A stretch of DNA of 38,777 nucleotides from an uncultured bacterium (GTDB lineage Bacteria > Zixibacteria > MSB-5A5 > GN15 > FEB-12): positions 1-38,777 of the forward strand of contig CBFCYQ010000002.1 in NCBI GenBank assembly GCA_965602205.1. The letters run 5' to 3'. This document shows positions 9,763 through 17,802 of the stretch, piece by piece (the first letter of the stretch is position 1; the number at the start of each line of letters is the position of its first letter). The translations under genes and the position numbers were made by a program. Under the pieces are notes generated by a model that made no database searches, was not told the origin of the DNA, and saw nothing but the letters and a program-made list of their open reading frames with translations.

Positions 9763-10235
9763 CAGGCTTTCATTTCGCGGTAGAGGTTCAGCAGTTCGAT
9801 CGCCGTGGCAGCAGCATCCCATCCTTTGTTACCCGCTTTGGTGCCCGACCGTTCAATCGCCTGCTCCAGGGTGTCAGCCGTAACCAGGCCGTAAATGACC
9901 GGGCGACCGGTCTCGAGGGCCAGTCGGGCGATCCCTTTGGACGATTCGGCGGCGATGTAATCGAAGTGCGGCGTGTCGCCGCGGATTATGGCACCCAGGC
10001 AAAGGACAGCGTCATGACCGCCGGAATGGGCCATCTTGGACGCAGCATACGGAATTTCAAAAGCGCCCGGAACATAGGCGACCGTGACATCGCTCTCGAC
10101 CGCGCCGTGGCGCTTAAGACAGTCGAGCGCTCCTTCCAACAGCTTGTCGGTAAAAAAGTTGTTGTAGCGGCTGACGACGATTCCAAACTTGAAACCATCA
10201 GCCTTCAGGGCGCCTTCATACACCTTGTAATTCAT
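9762..10235 (-). CDS. ribH: 6,7-dimethyl-8-ribityllumazine synthase
   Basis: 157 aa containing [28 protein letters not shown] and [16 protein letters not shown], which are canonical lumazine synthase motifs. Confidence 0.95.
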   Translation of the reverse strand: MNYKVYEGALKADGFKFGIVVSRYNNFFTDKLLEGALDCLKRHGAVESDVTVAYVPGAFEIPYAASKMAHSGGHDAVLCLGAIIRGDTPHFDYIAAESSKGIARLALETGRPVIYGLVTADTLEQAIERSGTKAGNKGWDAAATAIELLNLYREMKA

Positions 10236-10250
10236 GGTAGATTCTCCCTG

Positions 10251-11468
10251 CTATTTCAAATTCAGTAGATGACCCAGTTTGTCCCGCTTGGTTTCGAGAT
10301 AACCCTGATTGAATCGGCCGGGTTCGATCTCCAGCGGGATCCGCTCGCTTATCTTGAGGCCGTAGCCATTCAACCCAATCACCTTGCGCGGATTGTTCGT
10401 CAGAAGCCGGATGGAGGATAGTCCCAGATCGGCCAGAATCTGGGCCCCGATACCGTAGTCACGAAGGTCTGCTTCAAAGCCAAGCTCCTCGTTGGCTTCG
10501 ACTGTATCCCTGCCCGCCTCCTGCAGCTTGTAGGCCAGTATCTTGTTTGCCAGACCGATGCCACGGCCTTCCTGCCGCATGTAGAGCAGGACGCCGGTTC
10601 CTTCCTTCTCGATCATTCGCATGGCCGAGTGAAGCTGCGTGCCGCAATCACAGCGACGAGAGCCGAAAACATCACCGGTCAGACAGCTCGAATGGACCCG
10701 TACCAGGACACTTTCATGACTGGCCACGTCGCCCTTTACAAGAGCCAGGTGGTGGTGGTCATCAATTTCAGACTTGTACAAGTGCAGTGTAAACACGCCG
10801 TAATCAGTCGGCATGTTGACGGATGTTATTCTTTTTACGAGCATCTCGTGTGCCCGCCGGTACATGATCAGGTCTCTGATAGTAATCATCTTCAGACCGT
10901 GTTTTTCAATGAACATTCTGAGTTTGGGCACGCGCATCATGGTACCGTCCTCATCCATCACCTCACAGAGCACGCCAACGGGTTTCAGGCCGGCCAGACG
11001 AGCCAGGTCGGTCGTAGCTTCAGTATGACCGGCGCGTGACAGCACGCCCCCATTCAAAGCCTTGATCGGGAAAATATGACCCGGGCGGCCGAGGTCTTCG
11101 GGCCGGGTGGTGTCGTCGGCCAGAGCCTGTATGGTGATGGCCCGGTCGTAGGCCGAGATGCCGGTCGTGGTGCCGCGTATGGCATCGACGGAAATCGTGA
11201 ACCGTGTACCCAAAAGAGCGGTATTGTTGGAGACCATCTGGTTCAGTTTAAGGTGCTCTATCCTGCCTTCAGTCATCGGGCAGCAGACAAGGCCCCGGCC
11301 GTGCATGGCAAAGAAGTTGATTGCCTCGGGCGTCACTTTTTCCGCGGCCATGATCAGGTCACCCTCGTTCTCGCGATCTTCGTCGTCGACAACGACAATG
11401 AACCGCCCGGCCCTTATCTCTTCGATTGCTTCAGCTATCGTATTAAAGTGTGTCTCGTTGTTGTTCAT
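10251..11468 (-). CDS. ribBA: Bifunctional 3,4-dihydroxy-2-butanone-4-phosphate synthase / GTP cyclohydrolase II
   Basis: DHBP synthase motifs ([16 protein letters not shown]) are followed by GTP cyclohydrolase II motifs ([26 protein letters not shown]). The start is set at the second ATG (MNNNE, 11466-11468), which forms an ATGA overlap with the ribE stop. The ORF-track start at 11477 is an alternative. Confidence 0.95.
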   Translation of the reverse strand: MNNNETHFNTIAEAIEEIRAGRFIVVVDDEDRENEGDLIMAAEKVTPEAINFFAMHGRGLVCCPMTEGRIEHLKLNQMVSNNTALLGTRFTISVDAIRGTTTGISAYDRAITIQALADDTTRPEDLGRPGHIFPIKALNGGVLSRAGHTEATTDLARLAGLKPVGVLCEVMDEDGTMMRVPKLRMFIEKHGLKMITIRDLIMYRRAHEMLVKRITSVNMPTDYGVFTLHLYKSEIDDHHHLALVKGDVASHESVLVRVHSSCLTGDVFGSRRCDCGTQLHSAMRMIEKEGTGVLLYMRQEGRGIGLANKILAYKLQEAGRDTVEANEELGFEADLRDYGIGAQILADLGLSSIRLLTNNPRKVIGLNGYGLKISERIPLEIEPGRFNQGYLETKRDKLGHLLNLK

Positions 11469-12106
11469 ACATCCCATCCACTCTCTCTCAGTTTCTCTTT
11501 CGTTAAACGTTCCCGGGGTGTCTTACCAGTAACTTTGATTACATATTTACCGATTATATCAAACTCGAGGTTTACCACGTCGCCGGGGCTAAGCGTCCCG
11601 AGCGAAGTTACCTTGACTGTGTGCGGAATCAGATTGACGGACAGCCATCCGGACCTGACCGTGTTTACGGTAAGGGAAATGCCGTTGATCGCTACCGAGC
11701 CTTTATCAACCACCAGTTCATCGAATCCGGTGTCGAAGGTCAACGCCAGCTCAACTGACTCTCCGATGTTTCTGATGCGGTCCACGCGGCCGGTGCCGTC
11801 GACATGACCGCTTACGAAATGACCTCCCAGGCGATCACCCACCTTCAGGGCCCTCTCCAGATTGACTTTCGAGCCCACTCTATAGCCGGCCAGAACGGTT
11901 GTTCCGACCGTCTCCTGAGAAGCCTCGACCACAAAGGTCTTGCTGTTAAACGAGACCACCGTCAGACAGGCGCCGTCGCAGGCAATGGAGTCCCCGACAT
12001 GGAGTCCGTCGGTCACCGTTGGCGCCGTTATGGACAGAACCCGATAGTTGCCCCGGCTCTCGACAGCCGCGACCGTCCCCGTCGTCTCTATGATACCGGT
12101 GAACAC
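11465..12106 (-). CDS. ribE: Riboflavin synthase (alpha chain)
   Basis: The protein begins (V)[11 protein letters not shown], the canonical N-terminus. The GTG at 12104-12106 lies 8 nt after an AAGGAG Shine-Dalgarno and just downstream of the ribD stop (12111). The longer ORF-track start at 12190 would overlap ribD. The internal lumazine-binding repeat is present ([13 protein letters not shown] / [12 protein letters not shown]). Confidence 0.9.
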   Translation of the reverse strand: MFTGIIETTGTVAAVESRGNYRVLSITAPTVTDGLHVGDSIACDGACLTVVSFNSKTFVVEASQETVGTTVLAGYRVGSKVNLERALKVGDRLGGHFVSGHVDGTGRVDRIRNIGESVELALTFDTGFDELVVDKGSVAINGISLTVNTVRSGWLSVNLIPHTVKVTSLGTLSPGDVVNLEFDIIGKYVIKVTGKTPRERLTKEKLRESGWDV

Positions 12107-12110
12107 CAGG

Positions 12111-13208
12111 TCAACTCCTTGCCGGATAACCGATAAAAACATTATCGACGCCACTTGCCTCAAACGAAGCGTGCTCAAAGCGGATGGCATCGCCGAGTTT
12201 CTTTATGTTCAGATCCCCCACTGCCGCAACCCCCTGTCCGCACAGAATGGGAGCCGTGATCACGACGTATTTGTCGACAAGTCCCGCTTTCAAGAACGCC
12301 GTCGCCAGCGTTCCGCCGCCTTCGACGAGGACCGACTGTAAACCGAAGTCGGCCGCCTTATCCAGGAAGTCACGGATCTGCGGTAGACCCTGCCGGTCGA
12401 GTTTCACTCTCCAGAGAATCAGGTTACGCCCTTTTCTCGTGCGCGAGAATCTTTCGATCGCTTCTTCACCGCCTACGATAATTGTCCGGAAGTCCTTATT
12501 GTCGGTCAGCAGGCGACAGGCGGGGGGAAATTTCAGCGACCGTGACAGCACGATACGGTAGGGGTCCCGGCCCTTGACGTGACGGACAGTCAGGACCGGA
12601 TTGTCGGTACGGACAGTCCCCATGCCGACCACCACGGCATCCACCTCGGCCCGTAAACGGTGGGCGAGCCGGCGGGAAGCCGCCGATGTAATCCATCGGG
12701 AATCGCCGGAGGCGGTAGCGATCCGACCGTCCAGTGTCTGTGCCGTTTTCAGGATGACAAAAGGCCGCCGGTTGCGATAATATCCGAAATACTTGTCATT
12801 GAGCAAGGCCGCCTGCTCTTTAAGCAGGCCGGTGCTTACGGTTAGTCCGGCTTTTCGCAGAATCCTGATTCCCCTGCCGTTAACCGCCGGATTGGGATCC
12901 TTGACAGCCGCGAATACCGTTTTTATCCCGGATTCGATTACAGCATCGGTGCACGGTCCGGTGCGGCCAGTGTGACAGCAGGGCTCCAGGGTGACATACA
13001 AAGCGGCCCCGGAAGCAGCCTGGCCGGCTTTTTTCAAAGCGACAATCTCGGCATGGTCCGTACCCGGAGCACGATGATAACCTTCGCCGATAACCCGCCC
13101 GTTCCTGACGACGACAGCACCCACCATGGGATTGGGCGAAGTAGAGCCTCTGCCCTTTTCGGCCAGGATCAGTGCTCGCCGCATGAAGTCGAGGTTGCTA
13201 GTCGACAT
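12111..13208 (-). CDS. ribD: Bifunctional riboflavin biosynthesis protein RibD (pyrimidine deaminase / uracil reductase)
   Basis: Deaminase zinc motifs HAEIVAL and TLEPCCHTGRTGPC are followed by the reductase domain. The start is set at ATG 13206-13208 (MSTSNLDF). The ORF-track start at 13220 is a TTG lying inside the U-run of the riboswitch expression platform. Confidence 0.95.
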   Translation of the reverse strand: MSTSNLDFMRRALILAEKGRGSTSPNPMVGAVVVRNGRVIGEGYHRAPGTDHAEIVALKKAGQAASGAALYVTLEPCCHTGRTGPCTDAVIESGIKTVFAAVKDPNPAVNGRGIRILRKAGLTVSTGLLKEQAALLNDKYFGYYRNRRPFVILKTAQTLDGRIATASGDSRWITSAASRRLAHRLRAEVDAVVVGMGTVRTDNPVLTVRHVKGRDPYRIVLSRSLKFPPACRLLTDNKDFRTIIVGGEEAIERFSRTRKGRNLILWRVKLDRQGLPQIRDFLDKAADFGLQSVLVEGGGTLATAFLKAGLVDKYVVITAPILCGQGVAAVGDLNIKKLGDAIRFEHASFEASGVDNVFIGYPARS

Positions 13209-13279
13209 AAAAAAACCCAAAGCTCGCTCGGGGATTTCTGGGATAAGTCAGGCGCAACCAGACGGCTGCCACCATTCAT

Positions 13280-13402
13280 AAACCTTCTCCCATCCGGACT
13301 GTTACCGTCGGCGCCGGAATTCCACCGACTCAGCCGGGACCTGCCCCAGCTCACGGGCTTTCACCGCCGGTTGAGGAATCTCACCTCACCCCGAAGACTT
13401 AT
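13280..13402 (-). ncRNA. FMN riboswitch (RFN element) aptamer
   Basis: The minus strand reads GTCTTCGGGGTGAGGTGAGATTCCTCAACCGGCGGTGAAAGCCCGTGAGCTGGGGCAGGTCCCGGCTGAGTCGGTGGAATTCCGGCGCCGACGGTAACAGTCCGGATGGGAGAAGG. This contains the conserved RFN blocks (CTTCGGGG..GGTGA.ATTCC..ACCGGCGGT.AAAGCCCG.GAGC, GGTGGAATTCCGGCGCCGACGGT..AGTCCGGATGG.AGAAG) and a closing P1 (TCTTC/GAGAAG). It sits directly upstream of ribD. Confidence 0.9.
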
Positions 13403-13422
13403 AAACAATTACACTTGGGTCT

Positions 13423-13450
13423 AATATAGTCGCCACGGCTCGAAAGGCAA
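13423..13450 (-). promoter_or_regulatory. Candidate sigma-70 promoter of the rib operon
   Basis: The minus strand reads TTGCCT - 16 nt - TATATT, about 20-25 nt upstream of the riboswitch P1. This is motif matching only. Confidence 0.4.
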
Positions 13451-13481
13451 TGCCTTTTTTGTCTTTTTTGCAGATGGGAGG

Positions 13482-15608
13482 TCAGGCTGACGCCAGATCG
13501 TGCAGCAGATTCTTTACGTCTTTCAGGTGAAATGGTTTGGAGAGAACACATCCGACACCTTTGGCTTTTACTTCCTCAGAATCCAATTGGGTGCCCCACC
13601 CGGTGATCATTGCGATCGGAATCTCCGGATAACTCTCGTGCACCATACCGGCGAGGTCCAGCCCGGACATTCCGGGCATGCCGAGATCGGTAATCAGGAA
13701 GTCGTAATGATCTTTTTCAAGGGCCGCCAGCGCCGAGTAGCCGTCGGGACAGGCCCTCGCCTGGTGACCTTCCAGAATCAGCATGTCTTTGAGAATTTCC
13801 CGAATCTGGTCATCATCATCGACAACCAGAATCCTCAGTCTGGCCAGTTTGATGGTCTTTTTCGTAATTTCCGATATTTCATCCTGTTTTTCGTGCTGTT
13901 CGAAAGTGACGGTAAAAATGGCCCCTCCCGACGGGCGGTTGCTTGCCTCGATAGTCCCCCCGTGCCGCACCGCCACTCCGTGAGCCGTGGCCAGACTCAT
14001 GCCGGCTCCACGGCTTTTCTTGGTGGTAAAGAAGGGGTAGAAGATCTTGTCTTTATGATCCTCCGGGACCCCCGAACCCTGGTCCAGAACCGACAGCCGG
14101 CACCGCTTCCGGTCGGCTTTCAGTACTACCTCCACGGTTGTATTGGCCGGTGAGTGTTCCACCGCATTTTCGATGAGTTTTTCTACGAGGGTGGCAAGGT
14201 CCGGCTCGAAACCGTCAATGATCACCTCCGCATCTGAGTAGCAAGGATTGATCCTGACGTTTTTATCCGCGGCGAGCTTTGCCCAGTCTTTACCGGACGA
14301 GGTCAGGGCCCGACGGACTACCTCGTTGAGGTCGATCGGTTCGAGATTTTTGTATCTGGTAACGGTAACGAACTGCTGGATGCGCTTGATGGTTTCGGAA
14401 CCGGCCAGGACCAGTTGTTCTACCGTGTCCAGTTCGGTCAGCGTGTTCTCATCTTTCACTTTCAGCTTAATCAACTGCAGGCGACCGACGACCGCTCCAA
14501 TCATGTTGTTGAAATCATGTGCCACCCCGGAGGTCATGTCCGCCAGCGCGGCCACCGTCTCGAGGTTGGCCAGACGTAGCGACGATTTCCTCAGGATGCG
14601 GTTGGTTCTTTGAAGGGTCCTCACCAAGAGAGCACTACGCAGCAGACCTGCCGCGAACAGGCCGTAAAGAAACAAGAGTTCGCTGTCCTCCGCTGAAAAA
14701 CCGCTGGGATCGGCGGTCCAGACCACCAGTACGAACTTGAGTTCATCGTCCGGCGATATGTCAACCGCCGCCAAACCGCCGCATTCGTCTTCAAAGTGAG
14801 CGCTTAAGTCATAACACCTATGCCTCTCCCCCTCCGCGGAAGCGGCTCCCCAACAAATCTCGACTACTCTCGGAAGCAGCGCCTCGCAGTACCCCGCGAA
14901 AGGTTCCGGGCCGCTGCTCTCCCGTACCTGGGCGGCAGCGCCGGTTCGATTCCCGGAAATGAGACAACTGCCGCCGAGCGGGATGACGTCGCGGACCTGG
15001 TTGACGATCCGGGTGACGAGTTCACTGAATCGACATTCGCGGAGTGACTTGTCGGAAGCACGGATCAAATCTGAGAGCCTTTTGGAGTAGTCGGCGCTGG
15101 TGCGCAGTTCATGGGTCAGTGAGAGGAGTCTGAAAAGCATTCCGGTGACGAGCGGCACGAAATTCTCTATCGGTACAGGGAAATCCGATGGGCGGCGCCA
15201 CCAGTAGGCAACAATCAGGCAGCGCAGTTCCCCGTCATCGTACAGCGGGCTGCAGTACGAACAAGTGAAGCTGTTCGCCGCGGCGAAAAGGTCCTGCTGG
15301 CTGTCATCACCGCGCTCAGCGTCGGTGAATTCCACTAAACCGCTCACCACCGCTTGCGGCGACCGGCCTCTGACAGCCCAGTATTTTTCGAGCAGCCGGG
15401 TCTCCTGGATGGTCTCATCCTCATGCAATATAGAGACGGGAATCAGGTCGTGCCCGCTATCGGAGCGGTAAAACAGAGCCACCAGGTCGGCCCGCAGCAT
15501 CTTTGAACACAGGCGGGAGATGTCGTCGATTTGTGCGACGACTACCCGTTGCCAGCCACTTTTCTTGAGATGAAAGTATGCCGGGTACTGATCGGCGGAA
15601 TTGTCCAT
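13482..15608 (-). CDS. Hybrid sensor histidine kinase / response regulator (GAF-like x2, HisKA, HATPase_c, REC)
   Basis: H-box GVAHDFNNMIGAVVGRLQL, N-box IENAVEHS, G1 LDQGSGV, F-box FYPFFTTK, G2 GAGMSLA. The C-terminal receiver has ILVVDDDD and FLITDLGMPGMSG. The start is set at MDNSADQ (ATG 15606-15608), 4 nt after the upstream stop. The ORF-track start at 15674 would overlap the upstream gene. Confidence 0.85.
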   Translation of the reverse strand: MDNSADQYPAYFHLKKSGWQRVVVAQIDDISRLCSKMLRADLVALFYRSDSGHDLIPVSILHEDETIQETRLLEKYWAVRGRSPQAVVSGLVEFTDAERGDDSQQDLFAAANSFTCSYCSPLYDDGELRCLIVAYWWRRPSDFPVPIENFVPLVTGMLFRLLSLTHELRTSADYSKRLSDLIRASDKSLRECRFSELVTRIVNQVRDVIPLGGSCLISGNRTGAAAQVRESSGPEPFAGYCEALLPRVVEICWGAASAEGERHRCYDLSAHFEDECGGLAAVDISPDDELKFVLVVWTADPSGFSAEDSELLFLYGLFAAGLLRSALLVRTLQRTNRILRKSSLRLANLETVAALADMTSGVAHDFNNMIGAVVGRLQLIKLKVKDENTLTELDTVEQLVLAGSETIKRIQQFVTVTRYKNLEPIDLNEVVRRALTSSGKDWAKLAADKNVRINPCYSDAEVIIDGFEPDLATLVEKLIENAVEHSPANTTVEVVLKADRKRCRLSVLDQGSGVPEDHKDKIFYPFFTTKKSRGAGMSLATAHGVAVRHGGTIEASNRPSGGAIFTVTFEQHEKQDEISEITKKTIKLARLRILVVDDDDQIREILKDMLILEGHQARACPDGYSALAALEKDHYDFLITDLGMPGMSGLDLAGMVHESYPEIPIAMITGWGTQLDSEEVKAKGVGCVLSKPFHLKDVKNLLHDLASA

Positions 15609-15612
15609 AGTA

Positions 15613-17760
15613 CTATTCTTCCATCCAGCAATCATGGCGCCGGGTCGACGGGGGTGGGGATTTCCTGATAACACGAGGTGAAACGGCTACGCGACAACCA
15701 CCGCCGGACGTGGGTGCGTAGGAAACTCTGAGCCGACCGGTCAATATAACGCCCGTGTCATCGCCGGTCGGTTTGATGTCATCGAATTTGAAGACTCGTT
15801 GCATGATATCCATCGGGCCGATGTGGGCGATCAGATTGCAGGGAAATTCAAACATCAATTGCGTCATGTCGTTTTCACTATCCAGCCGCACCTTCAAGTC
15901 CCCCGAGCAGAGAGACTCCTCCATCAGCGTCAGCAGCAGTGGCAGCAGATAGTCGTAGACATCGCCCGCATTGAGCTTCAGATCGCTGTCATCGCCGACC
16001 GGAATCGTCACCGACAACGCCGTATTTCTGGTATCCTTGATCTTGCGGGCGAAACCTTCAATCATCGCGGGCAACGTCGATAACAACTCGCGGCACGAAA
16101 TCTCTTCGCTGAAACCCCGCTTATCACCCGTGAGGATTTCCCGCAGGTTGTTGAGCTGGAGACAGGTCTCATCCAGAGCCCGGCCGATTTTTGCCACAGC
16201 GTCGGCGTTTGGGGCGCCATGTCCTTGCGAGTCGTCTAAGGGCGACTGTGTTTTCAGGAGTTCGATTTGCCCGACGGCCACCGAAAGGGAGCCCAGCAGA
16301 CGGTGGAAATGGCCGTCGGCCAGCTTCCTGAGGGTGTCGAAGCGGTCCAGCAGTTTTTGGTGGTCGAAGCGTTCAGGCGGGATGCCGATAGATATTGGCC
16401 CGGTGGTGTTCCTGCTGGTGAGCGCCCAAAAAACACTGATGTAGTCAGCCACACAGGCAACAAGATGCGCTGACCGCGAGAGATGCTCTCCCTCGAGCGG
16501 CGAGGCCACTGCCAGCGCACCCTGGTGAACATCATCGAGCGCCACCGGGTAGTATAGTTCGGAGTTTGCCTCCCGGTCGAACGAGTTGCCTCCGGTGTCG
16601 ACAGGGGCGTGACCACCGTTCAGCGAAGGCACAAAATGTGGCGTGCCCTGTCGGAGAGCGATCCAGGCGGCTGCCGGGATGAGGTTGTCCGTCTCCATGG
16701 TCAGAGACACGCGGTCGTTGGCATCGAGCGAGACGACCCGGGAAGCGCCGGCCCCGGCGGCCAGGATCAGACGACAGATATCACACTGGTGGGTAAGCAG
16801 TTTGAATACATCAACCAGGACATTGTCCAGCGACATGCCCTCGATCGGACCAATGCTCAGATCGCGAAACATATCGAGTGTTTCGGAAGTAGTGCTGAAC
16901 TGCGATTCATGCAGTTGCGAGACCAGCCCCGCCGCCGTTGAGATACGGCGAGCCTGCTCGCGGTCCAGGTAGCCGGGCAGGGCCATCACGAGCATGAACT
17001 CCGTCCGGTCCGACATCACACTCGGATGCACAAAAAGAAAGGTCGGGCAGTTATCCAGGAAGGAGGGATAGTCCGGCAGTAAATCGCCCGGGATGAGGTT
17101 TGTTCCCCGGCGCATGAAATCCATGAAGATACGTGCGGTCTCGTCGTCAAGACGATTGGGCAGTCTATCGCTGAGGCTGATGTCCCCCGTAGCCAGTCGA
17201 AGTTTGAAAACACCCGCCTGGTCGTAATAGAAACCCGCGTAGCTGCCGGGACACTGCCGTGCCAGCAGCCCGAGCAGCTGCTGCATAAAACCGCAAAGAC
17301 TGTTGTCGCGGCTGAACAGCCGGGCAATAAGCTGGGCCGCGACGTCGCAACCGCAATCATCAGGTTGTCGATACCGTGAAGCTATGGCTCTGACAATTCC
17401 GGCGACCTGGGTGTCGTCGAGCCGGCACGGCCGGCCGCTGGGAACCGCCAGCAGAGCCCCGATGGTATTGTCCGCCAGAACCGGGTACAGATCATGGTCT
17501 TCGACACCGACAGGTTCCGTGGCCACGAAATGTCCTTCCGGGTTTTGCCTTAGTCCGGTTAGTGCCTGGCGCATTGAGATCAGTTGGTCGATCGGCAGGT
17601 ACAGCCAGGCCGGGCTGCCGGTTTCGTGGCCTTGCGGCATTGCACTGTGAAATACCTGGGGGATGCCCCCCGCCAGGTAAAGGCGCATGTGGTTCGGAAG
17701 GCCAGTGCACCCCGTCTCCCCTTTTGGTGCCATCTTCTGGTTGTTGGACAAAATTCTCAT
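15613..17760 (-). CDS. Cytoplasmic multi-GAF-like protein with a DHp-like helix and a degenerate (pseudo-)kinase C-terminus
   Basis: 715 aa. Three GAF-like modules are followed by LADGHFHRLLGSLSVAVGQIELL, which aligns with the H-box of the downstream kinase and keeps a His. I could not find N, G1 (DxGxG) or G2 boxes in the last ~150 aa. The functional call is an inference; that the ORF is coding is fairly safe given its length and operon context. Confidence 0.6.
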   Translation of the reverse strand: MRILSNNQKMAPKGETGCTGLPNHMRLYLAGGIPQVFHSAMPQGHETGSPAWLYLPIDQLISMRQALTGLRQNPEGHFVATEPVGVEDHDLYPVLADNTIGALLAVPSGRPCRLDDTQVAGIVRAIASRYRQPDDCGCDVAAQLIARLFSRDNSLCGFMQQLLGLLARQCPGSYAGFYYDQAGVFKLRLATGDISLSDRLPNRLDDETARIFMDFMRRGTNLIPGDLLPDYPSFLDNCPTFLFVHPSVMSDRTEFMLVMALPGYLDREQARRISTAAGLVSQLHESQFSTTSETLDMFRDLSIGPIEGMSLDNVLVDVFKLLTHQCDICRLILAAGAGASRVVSLDANDRVSLTMETDNLIPAAAWIALRQGTPHFVPSLNGGHAPVDTGGNSFDREANSELYYPVALDDVHQGALAVASPLEGEHLSRSAHLVACVADYISVFWALTSRNTTGPISIGIPPERFDHQKLLDRFDTLRKLADGHFHRLLGSLSVAVGQIELLKTQSPLDDSQGHGAPNADAVAKIGRALDETCLQLNNLREILTGDKRGFSEEISCRELLSTLPAMIEGFARKIKDTRNTALSVTIPVGDDSDLKLNAGDVYDYLLPLLLTLMEESLCSGDLKVRLDSENDMTQLMFEFPCNLIAHIGPMDIMQRVFKFDDIKPTGDDTGVILTGRLRVSYAPTSGGGCRVAVSPRVIRKSPPPSTRRHDCWMEE

Positions 17761-17802
17761 TTCCCAAATCAGTGTTGTTGCGGCGTGAAGAGAAATTATT
17801 CG

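Noticed and set aside
13443-13457. The palindrome AAAGGCA-A-TGCCTTT after the hybrid kinase stop, as a terminator
   Set aside because: The effective stem is only ~5 AU-rich bp, and the U-run lies on the wrong (plus) strand. The element overlaps the predicted -35 of the rib promoter, so I do not call it a terminator.
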